DNA of 33,949 bases from a virus (IMGVR_UViG_3300020045_006781:1-33949); one strand, 5' to 3'; positions 25,129 to 33,184 are shown, numbered from the stretch's first letter. The notes: generated by a model from the letters alone, not told the origin. Numbers and translations are program-made.

Positions 25129-25583
25129 AACACATTCTTTACACCAGGCAACAAGGAACCCCACAAGGTGAACAGAATCACAGGTCTGTAGGTAGGCAGC
25201 TACTTGAATTGCCAGATGGTGATTACATAATTTCGATTAAGAAGAAGAAAAACATCCGCTCATTATCAGCAAACCGCTACTACCACATGGTATGGCATAT
25301 CTACGCTACTCACACAGGTCATTACATCGATGAGATAAAGCGGGAATTCTATGACAAAATTGGATTCTATGACTTGTTCACCGATAAGCGCGGGAAGACA
25401 ACAAAGCATTATAAATCCAGTGCTGATTGTGATACTACAGAGATGGCTGCTTTGATCAATCAGCAGGCTCAGTGGGGAAGAGATGAGTTCCCTGAAGTAA
25501 TCATACCGAGGAAGGAAGATGCCACGTATATGCAGTGGTTAAATGTGGAATCAGAGTATAATAGAACTTTCTCAGGATGGTAA
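25125..25583 (+). CDS. NinB/Orf-like recombination accessory protein
   Basis: RSLSANRYYH...SSADCDTTEM pattern. Confidence 0.65.
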   Translation: MKHILYTRQQGTPQGEQNHRSVGRQLLELPDGDYIISIKKKKNIRSLSANRYYHMVWHIYATHTGHYIDEIKREFYDKIGFYDLFTDKRGKTTKHYKSSADCDTTEMAALINQQAQWGRDEFPEVIIPRKEDATYMQWLNVESEYNRTFSGW

Positions 25584-26017
25584 GATTTTGTAAGTGGAGT
25601 GAAGATGATGAAACTTGTGACTGTTACGTAGAGGGTAATACTGAATACTGTGCAAGTCACAATGCGCTTCTTCGAAAGCGTGATCGAAATAAAGGAAAAG
25701 AGAAGAAAATTTATACTTTAAAAAAATCAGAGAAGAAAATTAAGCGTAGATCATCATCCCGTGCTGCTGAGGAAAGAGTTTATAATAAACTTGTAGGCCC
25801 ATGGAAAGAAGGAAAGACTTGTGGTGTTGATGGGTGTGATAGACCATGTGAAGAATGTCACCACAAAAAAGGAAGGGAGGGAAGATTACTATTGTATGTT
25901 CCTTTATGGTTTCCGGTTTGCCATGAGCACCATGTGTACATCACTGAGCATTCTGCCTGGGCAATAGAAAAAGGGTATTCATTGCCAAGAAATCAGGTTA
26001 GTGAAGAAATAATTTAA
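25577..26017 (+). CDS. HNH-like Zn-binding endonuclease
   Basis: CGVDGC...ECHHKKGR...VCHEHH...H motifs. Confidence 0.65.
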   Translation: MVRFCKWSEDDETCDCYVEGNTEYCASHNALLRKRDRNKGKEKKIYTLKKSEKKIKRRSSSRAAEERVYNKLVGPWKEGKTCGVDGCDRPCEECHHKKGREGRLLLYVPLWFPVCHEHHVYITEHSAWAIEKGYSLPRNQVSEEII

Positions 26018-26019
26018 AA

Positions 26020-26054
26020 CTATTTGTTTTTTAAAATACGAATAGCTACCTATG
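26020..26054 (+). promoter_or_regulatory. Promoter/operator copy
   Basis: CTATTTGTTTTTTAAAATACGAATAG followed by TACCTATG. Confidence 0.7.
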
Positions 26055-26107
26055 TATCTCAGAATTATAAAGTAGTCCCAATTAATAACGTTTACCAATT
26101 ACCAAAC

Positions 26108-26812
26108 ATGAAAATTGAAATCAAAACCATTCTTGGAAGTATTCTTTTTGAATATGATGTAGAGGGGAACACTATCGCTAAAACTTTAATAGAAGCGGTT
26201 CGTCTTAAGAAATACTTGACAGGCGCAGACTTGACAGGCGCATACTTGAGAGGCGCAGACTTGAGAGGCGCAGACTTGAGAGGCGCATACTTGAGAGACG
26301 CAGACTTGACAGGCGCAGACTTGACAGGCGCAGACTTGAGAGGCGCAGACTTGAGAGACGCAGACTTGAGAGACGCAGACTTGAGAGACGCAGACTTGAC
26401 AGGCGCAGACTTGAGAGGCGCAGACTTGAAAGGCGCATACTTGAGAGACGCAGACTTGACAGGCGCAGACTTGAGAGGCGCATACTTGAGAGGCGCATAC
26501 TTGAGAGAAATAAAGCACGATCTGTTTGCTTTATTGCTCAATGCTAAATCAGAGATTGGTAATCTTAAAAAATCAATCATAGATGGTAAGGTTGATGGTT
26601 CCACTTATGAAGGTGAGTGTGCGTGTTTGTGTGGCACTTTGGAAAAAACAGAAAACGCAGAGGTTAAGAAGCGAGTTTATGATTTACGTGATTCAGGCCG
26701 TCCTATTGAGCGGTTCTTCCTTGGTATTAAACCAGGCGACACGCCTGAAACGAACAGTGTTTCTAAAATTGTTCTTGAGTGGATTGAAGAGTTCGAATCC
26801 TTAATTAAATAG
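26108..26812 (+). CDS. Pentapeptide-repeat protein
   Basis: A(D/Y)L(R/T)(G/D) repeats; C-terminal GSTYEGECACLCGT domain. ATG 26108 preferred because the TTG at 26024 lies inside the operator. Confidence 0.9.
   Translation: MKIEIKTILGSILFEYDVEGNTIAKTLIEAVRLKKYLTGADLTGAYLRGADLRGADLRGAYLRDADLTGADLTGADLRGADLRDADLRDADLRDADLTGADLRGADLKGAYLRDADLTGADLRGAYLRGAYLREIKHDLFALLLNAKSEIGNLKKSIIDGKVDGSTYEGECACLCGTLEKTENAEVKKRVYDLRDSGRPIERFFLGIKPGDTPETNSVSKIVLEWIEEFESLIK
26213..26507 (+). repeat. 15-bp tandem repeat, 19 full units plus one partial
   Basis: Unit (G/T)ACTTGA(C/G/A)AG(G/A)CGCA. Confidence 0.95.
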
Positions 26813-26820
26813 TTACCAAA

Positions 26821-27909
26821 ATGTCAGATGAATTAAAAGTTGTCCCTCAGTCAACCGATATGGTGGCTGTAATGGAATCCTATTTTCTCCCATTCCGAGA
26901 GCAAGCTGCTGATTGGATGGAGAAGGCTAAAGCCATTAGTGTTACTGATGAGTCGCAGGTTGCTGAAATGGCAGCGGCTAAGGCTGCAAGGCTTGCTCTT
27001 AGAAAGATCAGAACAGGAGCCGAGGCAAAGCATAAGGAGTTGAAAGAAGAGTCTCTGAAGACCGGACAAATGCTTGATAAAATCAAGCGTGAGTTAGTAG
27101 GAATGATTGAGCCTATTGAAGCTGTGTTGAAAGAGAAGGAAGAATTTGCTGAAGTTCAAGAAGAGAAAAGAAAGATCGCTCTTCGCGATGAACGCACGAA
27201 ACTGCTGCATCCTTATTTCGGTAGTGAAACTCAGCATATGCAATTGGGAGATATGAACCAGAGTGTGTTTGAATCTCTTCTGGCGGGTGCTAAAGCTGCA
27301 AAGAAAGAAAAGGAAGAAGCTGCTGCGGAAGAAGCGCGTGTGAAGGCTGAGACTGATCGGAAGCGTGAGGAAGAAGATAGAAAAGTGAGGGAAGAAAATG
27401 AGCGATTGAAAGCTGATAGATCAAAGTTGGAAGCTCGCGTAAGATTGATTACTCCATTTGGTATGATATGGAATGAGGTAAGTCAATCTTACATAAAGGA
27501 TGATCTCAGTATTTCATTGTTTGAAATAAAAAACGATTCTGATGATTCTTTTGCTGAAAAATGTTTGGCTATAAGTAGTGAGCTTACTAAGCGAAGAGAG
27601 AAAGAAGAGACGGCTAATAAAAGAAAGGAAGAGCAGTTGAAGAAAGAGCGTGCTGAGCGAAAGAGATTGGAAGAAGAGGCCGCTGCCAAGCAAGCTGAAG
27701 AAGAAGCTGCGAAGAAGAAGAAGTTAGCTGAAGAAAGGAAGGCGCGTAATGCTCCCGATAAAGTAAAACTTATTGCTGCGGCTGCTCAGATTGTAGCTAT
27801 TCAGTTCCTTCCGGTTTCAAGTGATGAAGCAAAGAAGATCGTGGAGGATGCTAAAGCATTGCTTGCTAAGGTAGTTTCATTCATCAACAGTAAATCGGAG
27901 GGATTGTAA
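26821..27909 (+). CDS. Long coiled-coil phage protein
   Basis: E/K/A-rich; AKAARLALRKIRTGAE...HKELKE pattern. Confidence 0.7.
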   Translation: MSDELKVVPQSTDMVAVMESYFLPFREQAADWMEKAKAISVTDESQVAEMAAAKAARLALRKIRTGAEAKHKELKEESLKTGQMLDKIKRELVGMIEPIEAVLKEKEEFAEVQEEKRKIALRDERTKLLHPYFGSETQHMQLGDMNQSVFESLLAGAKAAKKEKEEAAAEEARVKAETDRKREEEDRKVREENERLKADRSKLEARVRLITPFGMIWNEVSQSYIKDDLSISLFEIKNDSDDSFAEKCLAISSELTKRREKEETANKRKEEQLKKERAERKRLEEEAAAKQAEEEAAKKKKLAEERKARNAPDKVKLIAAAAQIVAIQFLPVSSDEAKKIVEDAKALLAKVVSFINSKSEGL

Positions 27910-27911
27910 TC

Positions 27912-28229
27912 ATGGATAAATTAATTGATTTAGTATTGCTTTGGTGGGAAGACCATAAGTATGATACTATAGGTTATGGGATGGATGAGCGAAATGTCTA
28001 CGATGAAGAGCCTGATTTTGTAAAGACTGCAAAAGGCTTAAGGGAAGAATCATTGTTACAAAATACAGTTCAAGGTATGACTAAGCGAGATTATTTTGCT
28101 TGTCACGCAATGCATGGACTTATTGTTTCTTTTAGCGCACATGGTCATGATGCAGTTACTTACAAAGAGACTATTTCTGCAAATGCAGCCAGTATTTCAG
28201 ATGCTTTACTTAAAAGATTAGAACCATGA
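27912..28229 (+). CDS. Hypothetical protein with GMTKRDYFA motif
   Basis: Resembles the common phage GMTLRDYFA motif. Confidence 0.6.
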   Translation: MDKLIDLVLLWWEDHKYDTIGYGMDERNVYDEEPDFVKTAKGLREESLLQNTVQGMTKRDYFACHAMHGLIVSFSAHGHDAVTYKETISANAASISDALLKRLEP

Positions 28230-28996
28230 CAATAGACAGAATCACTTTCGTAGATATTGAAACTGTACCTCAGAATGATCCTGATAAGATGTTCAAGGGA
28301 GTTAATTATGACATCAGTTCCGTTAAAGGTGAAGGCGGATTATTCATAAAGAGATTCATGAAGGATATCCTAAGCATGACAGAGGATGGTCTTATTGGTG
28401 TTGAAGAGTCTCTTTATAATAATTATTATAAGCATGGGTCACTTAGTGCTGAGTTTGGTAAGATCGTATCCATATCCATCGGTAAGATGAATAAGGATTC
28501 CTTCCGAATTAAAACCATCTCCGGCCGGGATGAATTAAAAATACTGGTAGAGGCATCGGACATCTTCAATAAAGTAGGTTGTTTGTGCGGCCATAACTCT
28601 AAAGAATTTGACTTCCCTTACTTGATGCGCAGGATGATCGTAAACAAATTGCCAATTCCATCAGTGTTGGATTCTTACGGCAAAAAGCCATGGGAAATGA
28701 ATTTGGAAGATACGATGTCTATGTGGGGAGGGTCAGCATTTAATTACAGAGTATCACTGGAACTTCTTTGCGGCGTGCTTGGAATACCATCTCCAAAGAA
28801 GGTTATTGAAGGAACTTCTGTGTCGAAGATTTATTACGATAGTTTCCTTCCTGAAGAAGGTGTACTTCCTTTTGTTAAAGAGGAAGAGGCTTTAAAACTG
28901 ATCGGTCAGTATAATGCTGGAGATGTGCTGGCTACGGCCAACTGCTACTCGGTTATGAGAGGTCTTCCGTTGATTGAAAATGTTGAATACGTATAA
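28226..28996 (+). CDS. 3'-5' exonuclease (DEDDy, PolB-exonuclease-like)
   Basis: DIET, GHNSKEFDFPYL and YNAGDV motifs. Confidence 0.85.
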   Translation: MTIDRITFVDIETVPQNDPDKMFKGVNYDISSVKGEGGLFIKRFMKDILSMTEDGLIGVEESLYNNYYKHGSLSAEFGKIVSISIGKMNKDSFRIKTISGRDELKILVEASDIFNKVGCLCGHNSKEFDFPYLMRRMIVNKLPIPSVLDSYGKKPWEMNLEDTMSMWGGSAFNYRVSLELLCGVLGIPSPKKVIEGTSVSKIYYDSFLPEEGVLPFVKEEEALKLIGQYNAGDVLATANCYSVMRGLPLIENVEYV

Positions 28997-28998
28997 TT

Positions 28999-29511
28999 AT
29001 GGGAGATAACAGCGCATTCTACGATCAAGATAAATTCCCTCAATCAGGTGGGAAAAGGATTGTTATCAGTCCGGATCATCCAATGCTTGTGGGTAATGAT
29101 ATTAAACTTCCTGAGTTCAATGGTTATGGAGTAATGGAGGTAATTAAAGGGGTGGTGCCCAGTAAAAGCAATAGCTATCGGATTGTGACCATTAAATCTA
29201 AAGATCCTTCTAAAAAAGGATTCTCCAGCCTGGCAAAAACAAAAGAGGCTAAGGCTTACGAAAACGCTTTCATTCTTCAGTGCAGGAAATACCGCAATGC
29301 TAACATCGACTGTGATTTCAATTTCGAGATGGATGTGTACTACCCTTCGCGTAGGGCTGACCTGGATGGATCGCTTAAAATGGTTCTGGATTGTCTTCAG
29401 AAGGCCAATGCAATCAAAAACGACAATAAGACGAATCAGCTGCTCATTCGTAGGCATGTGGATAAAGATAATCCCCGGGTAGAGTTTTCGATTACCAAGG
29501 CAATTCAATAA
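28999..29511 (+). CDS. rusA: RusA-family Holliday junction resolvase
   Basis: PSKSN; DLDGSLKMVLDCLQ...IKNDN; DKDNPRVE motifs. Confidence 0.8.
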   Translation: MGDNSAFYDQDKFPQSGGKRIVISPDHPMLVGNDIKLPEFNGYGVMEVIKGVVPSKSNSYRIVTIKSKDPSKKGFSSLAKTKEAKAYENAFILQCRKYRNANIDCDFNFEMDVYYPSRRADLDGSLKMVLDCLQKANAIKNDNKTNQLLIRRHVDKDNPRVEFSITKAIQ

Positions 29512-29534
29512 GTTTATAATCTAAAAATAAAAAA

Positions 29535-29744
29535 ATGGCTAAGAATGCTATTAATCCTGAAGAAGAATTTGATAAGAAACTGAAAGAAGTTTCTGATGCT
29601 TATGAAAGTGGTAAAGATGCTATATACTCAATTATGTCTCCGGCCAACAGGTATGACATTGATCGGGTATTGGAGTCGTTGATAAAGCTCAGGGATGTTG
29701 CTTCTGTAAGCCTTAGAGCAAATTTCAACATCAAAAACAATTAA
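29535..29744 (+). CDS. Hypothetical protein
   Basis: A-rich leader, packed ORF. Confidence 0.55.
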   Translation: MAKNAINPEEEFDKKLKEVSDAYESGKDAIYSIMSPANRYDIDRVLESLIKLRDVASVSLRANFNIKNN

Positions 29745-29762
29745 TCTTAAAACAAAAAACTA

Positions 29763-30047
29763 ATGACTAACACTGAAAAGAAGAAACTCGGGCTGGATAC
29801 TCCACCTCGCTACACTTATGAGGATGTGATAGATGATATCCAATCGTGCAAATCGATATCTGAAGAGGATAAGGAAAAAGCGATTGCTGAAATAGAGGGC
29901 CGGGTAAAGCAGGGCAAAATCAATATCTTGGATGTGAAGCTTCGTGCCCAGGAAAATTCAAAACTTGCTGGCTTGTTCGATTGGGCTAAGTCAGAACTGG
30001 AATTTAAATTCTGGAATAATATCGAGTCACAATTAAACCAAAAATAA
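29763..30047 (+). CDS. Hypothetical protein
   Basis: A-rich leader, packed ORF. Confidence 0.6.
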   Translation: MTNTEKKKLGLDTPPRYTYEDVIDDIQSCKSISEEDKEKAIAEIEGRVKQGKINILDVKLRAQENSKLAGLFDWAKSELEFKFWNNIESQLNQK

Positions 30048-30620
30048 ATGAGTACGCTTACAGACAAGCAGCTATCAAAACTGAAGCTCAGTGCAGACTT
30101 GAATAAGGTCACCATCGGCTTTGTAGACATCCAGACAACCCACACTGCAGCGGAGGAATCTGAAGGCATGGATGAGGAAAAAAAGATCAAGAATCAATAC
30201 TTGGTTAAAGGTTCGCACAGGCCACACAAGACGCTTTCTGATAGTATGAAGAAGTTGCGAAAATACGCGCTTGAGCTTTGTGATATCGAAGTGAGCTCAA
30301 AGCATATTGGAGATTGGACTGTTTCGGCTATTTCTATTGCTGGAGACATGACTTTGAGACAAAGCCGGGTAGTTATGACCTTGGCAAAAGAATGTCCCAC
30401 AGGCAAGGTAATTGAGTTTGACGTGCCGCAGGTTACGATGTATCCAGAAAAGGAAGCTGAAGATCGCTACCACAGAGCGGAAGAGATGTCTGTGTTGATT
30501 GAAGACATTGTTGAGGAAGCCTTCTTGTACCTGGGAGGTAATTACGAAGTGAAGTATGATGGCCAGCTTCCTTTGATGTTCGCGATTGAACGGAAGTTTG
30601 AGACGAATATTACTCAATAG
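30048..30620 (+). CDS. Hypothetical protein
   Basis: 190-aa ORF abutting the previous gene. Confidence 0.7.
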   Translation: MSTLTDKQLSKLKLSADLNKVTIGFVDIQTTHTAAEESEGMDEEKKIKNQYLVKGSHRPHKTLSDSMKKLRKYALELCDIEVSSKHIGDWTVSAISIAGDMTLRQSRVVMTLAKECPTGKVIEFDVPQVTMYPEKEAEDRYHRAEEMSVLIEDIVEEAFLYLGGNYEVKYDGQLPLMFAIERKFETNITQ

Positions 30621-30627
30621 TGATAAA

Positions 30628-30765
30628 GTTGATGTGGCGGAATTGGTAGACGCTGAGAAGTATGATCTTCAAGAAACAGACATTTAAGAGAGGTACTTGT
30701 AGTCGATGCCACCTGTAAGAACGCATAGAACAACTCTCATTCAGGTTCGAATCCTGACATCAACA
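30628..30765 (+). tRNA. tRNA-like RNA (Leu-type D arm) with greatly enlarged anticodon region; anticodon not assignable
   Basis: Acceptor stem GTTGATG/CATCAAC, D arm TGGCGGAATTGGTAGACGC, T arm TCAGG-TTCGAAT-CCTGA, discriminator A. 86 nt lie between the D and T arms. No encoded CCA. Confidence 0.75.
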
Positions 30766-30873
30766 CTAAAAAGAGTCTTAGTAATTTTAAATAAATTAAC
30801 CATGGGGTGGAAAAATAAGTTTAGAATATGTCCAGGCTCTTTTTTAAAAACATTGCCCAGACGGGGTGATTAA

Positions 30874-31008
30874 AAACTAAAGAAGGATTTAATGCCCTTT
30901 CTTAGTTTACCTATGGATAGATACATTAATAAGGAAGCTTTTGATCGGGCGTTATCCGAATAGGTATCAACCCTGAAACGTGGGTCTTTATCGTCCATAG
31001 GTTTTTTT
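30874..31008 (+). ncRNA. Candidate structured RNA/terminator
   Basis: Hairpin at 30874-30908, then a multibranch structure closed by ACCTATGGA/TCCATAGGT and followed by a T-run. Confidence 0.45.
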
Positions 31009-31033
31009 GTATTTAAATGAAACAAATACCGAT

Positions 31034-31129
31034 ATGACTAAAATAAAAAACTGCCAATTTAATAATATCATGATTTTTATCATCTGGACGGTTTATATAT
31101 GCTTATTAATTACTGAGATGCTGAGATAA
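31034..31129 (+). CDS. 31-aa hydrophobic peptide (not in ORF track)
   Basis: MTKIKNCQFNNIMIFIIWTVYICLLITEMLR*; A-rich leader. Confidence 0.35.
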   Translation: MTKIKNCQFNNIMIFIIWTVYICLLITEMLR

Positions 31130-31283
31130 TAATGTCATATCGGTAACCGGCAGACTCCACACTTAAACCATTACCGCAAAGAAGTTGAAGCTGAAGGATA
31201 GACACGGTGGGGACATCAATGAGTAGCCAGAGCATTTAAGAGTAAGAGAATTCCCACGCAAAATCGAATAACTGAAAAAGACA

Positions 31284-31559
31284 ATGGCAAAATTCAAGGA
31301 CAAAATCGCAGATTCACGGAAGGACTCAATAGCCCTGATTATAATACTTCTACTTTTGATTATAGCCATCTCAACTTCATTCATTGTACCAGGTAATCCA
31401 CAATACACAGTGACTATCCATGATGGATGTAATCAGAAAGTCTTCTATAACTGCACGCAGGCTTTCACAGAAGCTAAGGGAACTACTTTAATGTTCCCGG
31501 ACGGATCAGAGCACCACTACTCACAATCGGTGCAGATACGCATTGTAAAGCACCACTAA
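31284..31559 (+). CDS. Small single-TM protein
   Basis: IALIIILLLLIIAIS TM; followed by a terminator. Confidence 0.55.
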   Translation: MAKFKDKIADSRKDSIALIIILLLLIIAISTSFIVPGNPQYTVTIHDGCNQKVFYNCTQAFTEAKGTTLMFPDGSEHHYSQSVQIRIVKHH

Positions 31560-31579
31560 CAACCACTACGTTTTTTTTG

Positions 31580-31613
31580 AAGTCCTGTATTAGAAATGAT
31601 GCAGGACTTTTTT
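31580..31613 (+). terminator. Intrinsic terminator
   Basis: AAGTCCTGTATT-agaa-ATGATGCAGGACTT region forms a stem followed by a T-run. Confidence 0.75.
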
Positions 31614-31885
31614 ATTGGCAAAAAAAATTGAGTGTCCATTTTACCCCCGGGGTGGGGGTGTGCCCTTGTAGTTATTCATTGGATATGGATTTCCATTTTT
31701 GAGAATAGGGTGCTTTTTGGAGGCTTTCCATAATTGGTACTGAATTCCAATAAAGAGACTGTTTTATAAAATGGGAATGCGTTTGTAAACGGCTGTGTTC
31801 GACTCTATTATGTATATTATGGAGTGATTATGTTTAAGGGTGCCTGTAAAAAATAATTGAAGATATTTTCGAAACTTGTTGACTT

Positions 31886-31919
31886 CTATTTGCGTTTTAA
31901 AAAGAAAATAGTACCTTTG
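31886..31919 (+). promoter_or_regulatory. Consensus Bacteroidota promoter overlapped by an operator copy
   Basis: CTATTTGCGTTTTAAAAAGAAAATAG followed by a perfect TACCTTTG (-7 TAnnTTTG). Confidence 0.8.
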
Positions 31920-31956
31920 AACTGTCGAAAGAATTAAAACAAAAACTATCAAAGTC

Positions 31957-32028
31957 ATGAAAAAAGTAATCGCAATCTTCGCCCTGGTTATCGCAGCGTA
32001 CAACGTTGTTTCAATGATCATTCTTTAA
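31957..32028 (+). CDS. 23-aa hydrophobic peptide (not in ORF track)
   Basis: MKKVIAIFALVIAAYNVVSMIIL*, preceded by the AAAAACTATCAA leader. Confidence 0.6.
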   Translation: MKKVIAIFALVIAAYNVVSMIIL

Positions 32029-32057
32029 TAAGTCACTCACCAAAAACTATCAATAAC

Positions 32058-32198
32058 ATGAAAACACAAAACACACTTTCTTTTAAAATCGCAGTAGCGG
32101 TTTCGTACACAATAGCAATCGTTTTGCTTGCTGGAATTGTTTACTTCGCTTGGAAGGTATCGGGCGGGGTTAATGCTGACCAACTTCTTTCAATCTAA
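32058..32198 (+). CDS. 46-aa single-TM peptide (not in ORF track)
   Basis: MKTQNTLSFKIAVAVSYTIAIVLLAGIVYFAWKVSGGVNADQLLSI*, same leader motif. Confidence 0.65.
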   Translation: MKTQNTLSFKIAVAVSYTIAIVLLAGIVYFAWKVSGGVNADQLLSI

Positions 32199-32229
32199 AA
32201 TCTGTCTATCTATTTAAAAACTATCAATT

Positions 32230-32628
32230 ATGAGCACTACAATCGAAAAACAAGAAAACCAAAAAGAGGCAATCGCATATCTACGCAAGACATTGAAGCC
32301 AGGCGCAAAAGTTTATACTATTTGTCGCCATGTTTCATCCAGCGGTATGAGTAGGTCAATCTCCGTTTTAATATCAACTAAAGACGGTATCCAGTCTCTC
32401 GATTGGTACGTTGCTAATGCGTTGGATTATAAAAGAGACGATAAGCATCAAGGTGCTATCAAAATTGGCGGGTGCGGTATGGATATGGGCTTCGCTCTGG
32501 TTTACAATCTTGGTCGTAAATTATACCCTGACGGCTTTAAACTTCCAAAAGGCAAGTTTGGCCGTAATGGTGACAAATCAGGATTTGATAAGGATGGGGG
32601 ATATTCTTTAGATCAAAATTGGCTATAA
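32230..32628 (+). CDS. Phage hypothetical protein (RHVSSSGMSR/GCGMDMGF motifs)
   Basis: Same leader motif; protein motifs recalled from phage early-region hypotheticals. Confidence 0.75.
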   Translation: MSTTIEKQENQKEAIAYLRKTLKPGAKVYTICRHVSSSGMSRSISVLISTKDGIQSLDWYVANALDYKRDDKHQGAIKIGGCGMDMGFALVYNLGRKLYPDGFKLPKGKFGRNGDKSGFDKDGGYSLDQNWL

Positions 32629-32633
32629 AAATT

Positions 32634-32697
32634 CCTTCCTGTTTAGGAAGGTAAAGCGGGTGCGGTTTATCTGATAGTTTTCCGCCCCGCTTGTTTT
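32634..32697 (+). ncRNA. Double-hairpin RNA with loop antisense to the AAAACTATCA leader motif
   Basis: CCTTCCT-gttt-AGGAAGG, then AAGCGGG-T-GCGG-[tttatcTGATAGTTTT]-CCGC-CCCGCTT. Confidence 0.6.
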
Positions 32698-32732
32698 AAA
32701 AACTGTCATAATCATTTCAACGCGCAAACTAT

Positions 32733-32939
32733 ATGGAAGGTATAATATATAACGGCTTCGGATATACGGCTGAATTGGTAGGTAAGCAAGCACACAACGG
32801 CCCATTTCTGTGTATCTCTAAGGGAGGGAAAGGAAAATATTTGAAGGGCAAAGAAGCTGAACAATGGGCCGAACATATTAGCACGGCCATAGACTCAAAA
32901 GAGGCTTTGGCGCTTTGTAGATCAATCTTTAAGTCATAA
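32733..32939 (+). CDS. Hypothetical protein
   Basis: AAACTAT leader, packed ORF. Confidence 0.6.
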   Translation: MEGIIYNGFGYTAELVGKQAHNGPFLCISKGGKGKYLKGKEAEQWAEHISTAIDSKEALALCRSIFKS

Positions 32940-32944
32940 TTTCC

Positions 32945-33184
32945 ATGTTCTACGAAATCACACTTTACTATTCGATCAAAAAGCAGGAACTAACTCATTC
33001 CTGTATGTTGATAGCAAAGGACGAAAGGCAAGCCTTTGACAAAGCCCGCGCATCTCTATTCATCGAGTCCGGGCAATGGCATGATATAGCCCATGGGGTT
33101 ATCACTGAAGTAACTGACGAAAACTATTTTCTTTTACCTGAATTTCTTTTTGAAAATGAAGACAACACTGCAGATATTGTGTGA
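32945..33184 (+). CDS. Hypothetical protein
   Basis: Packed ORF. Confidence 0.55.
   Translation: MFYEITLYYSIKKQELTHSCMLIAKDERQAFDKARASLFIESGQWHDIAHGVITEVTDENYFLLPEFLFENEDNTADIV

Noticed and set aside
26213-26507. Possible CRISPR array or DGR repeat
   Set aside because: Units are contiguous with no spacers, in frame within a CDS, and there is no cas gene or reverse transcriptase in the window.
26092-26604. Three minus-strand repetitive ORFs (SAPLK, QVCAS, LRLSS)
   Set aside because: Shadows of the 15-bp pentapeptide repeat, which lacks stop codons in these frames.
30628-30765. tmRNA or group I intron-containing tRNA
   Set aside because: It has a true D stem, is only 138 nt, and shows no tag ORF or intron core.
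31163-31408. Minus-strand 81-aa ORF
   Set aside because: Overlaps the + strand TM gene 31284; no supporting signals.
31764-32021. Minus-strand 85-aa ORF
   Set aside because: Runs across the promoter/operator and the 23-aa peptide; likely spurious.
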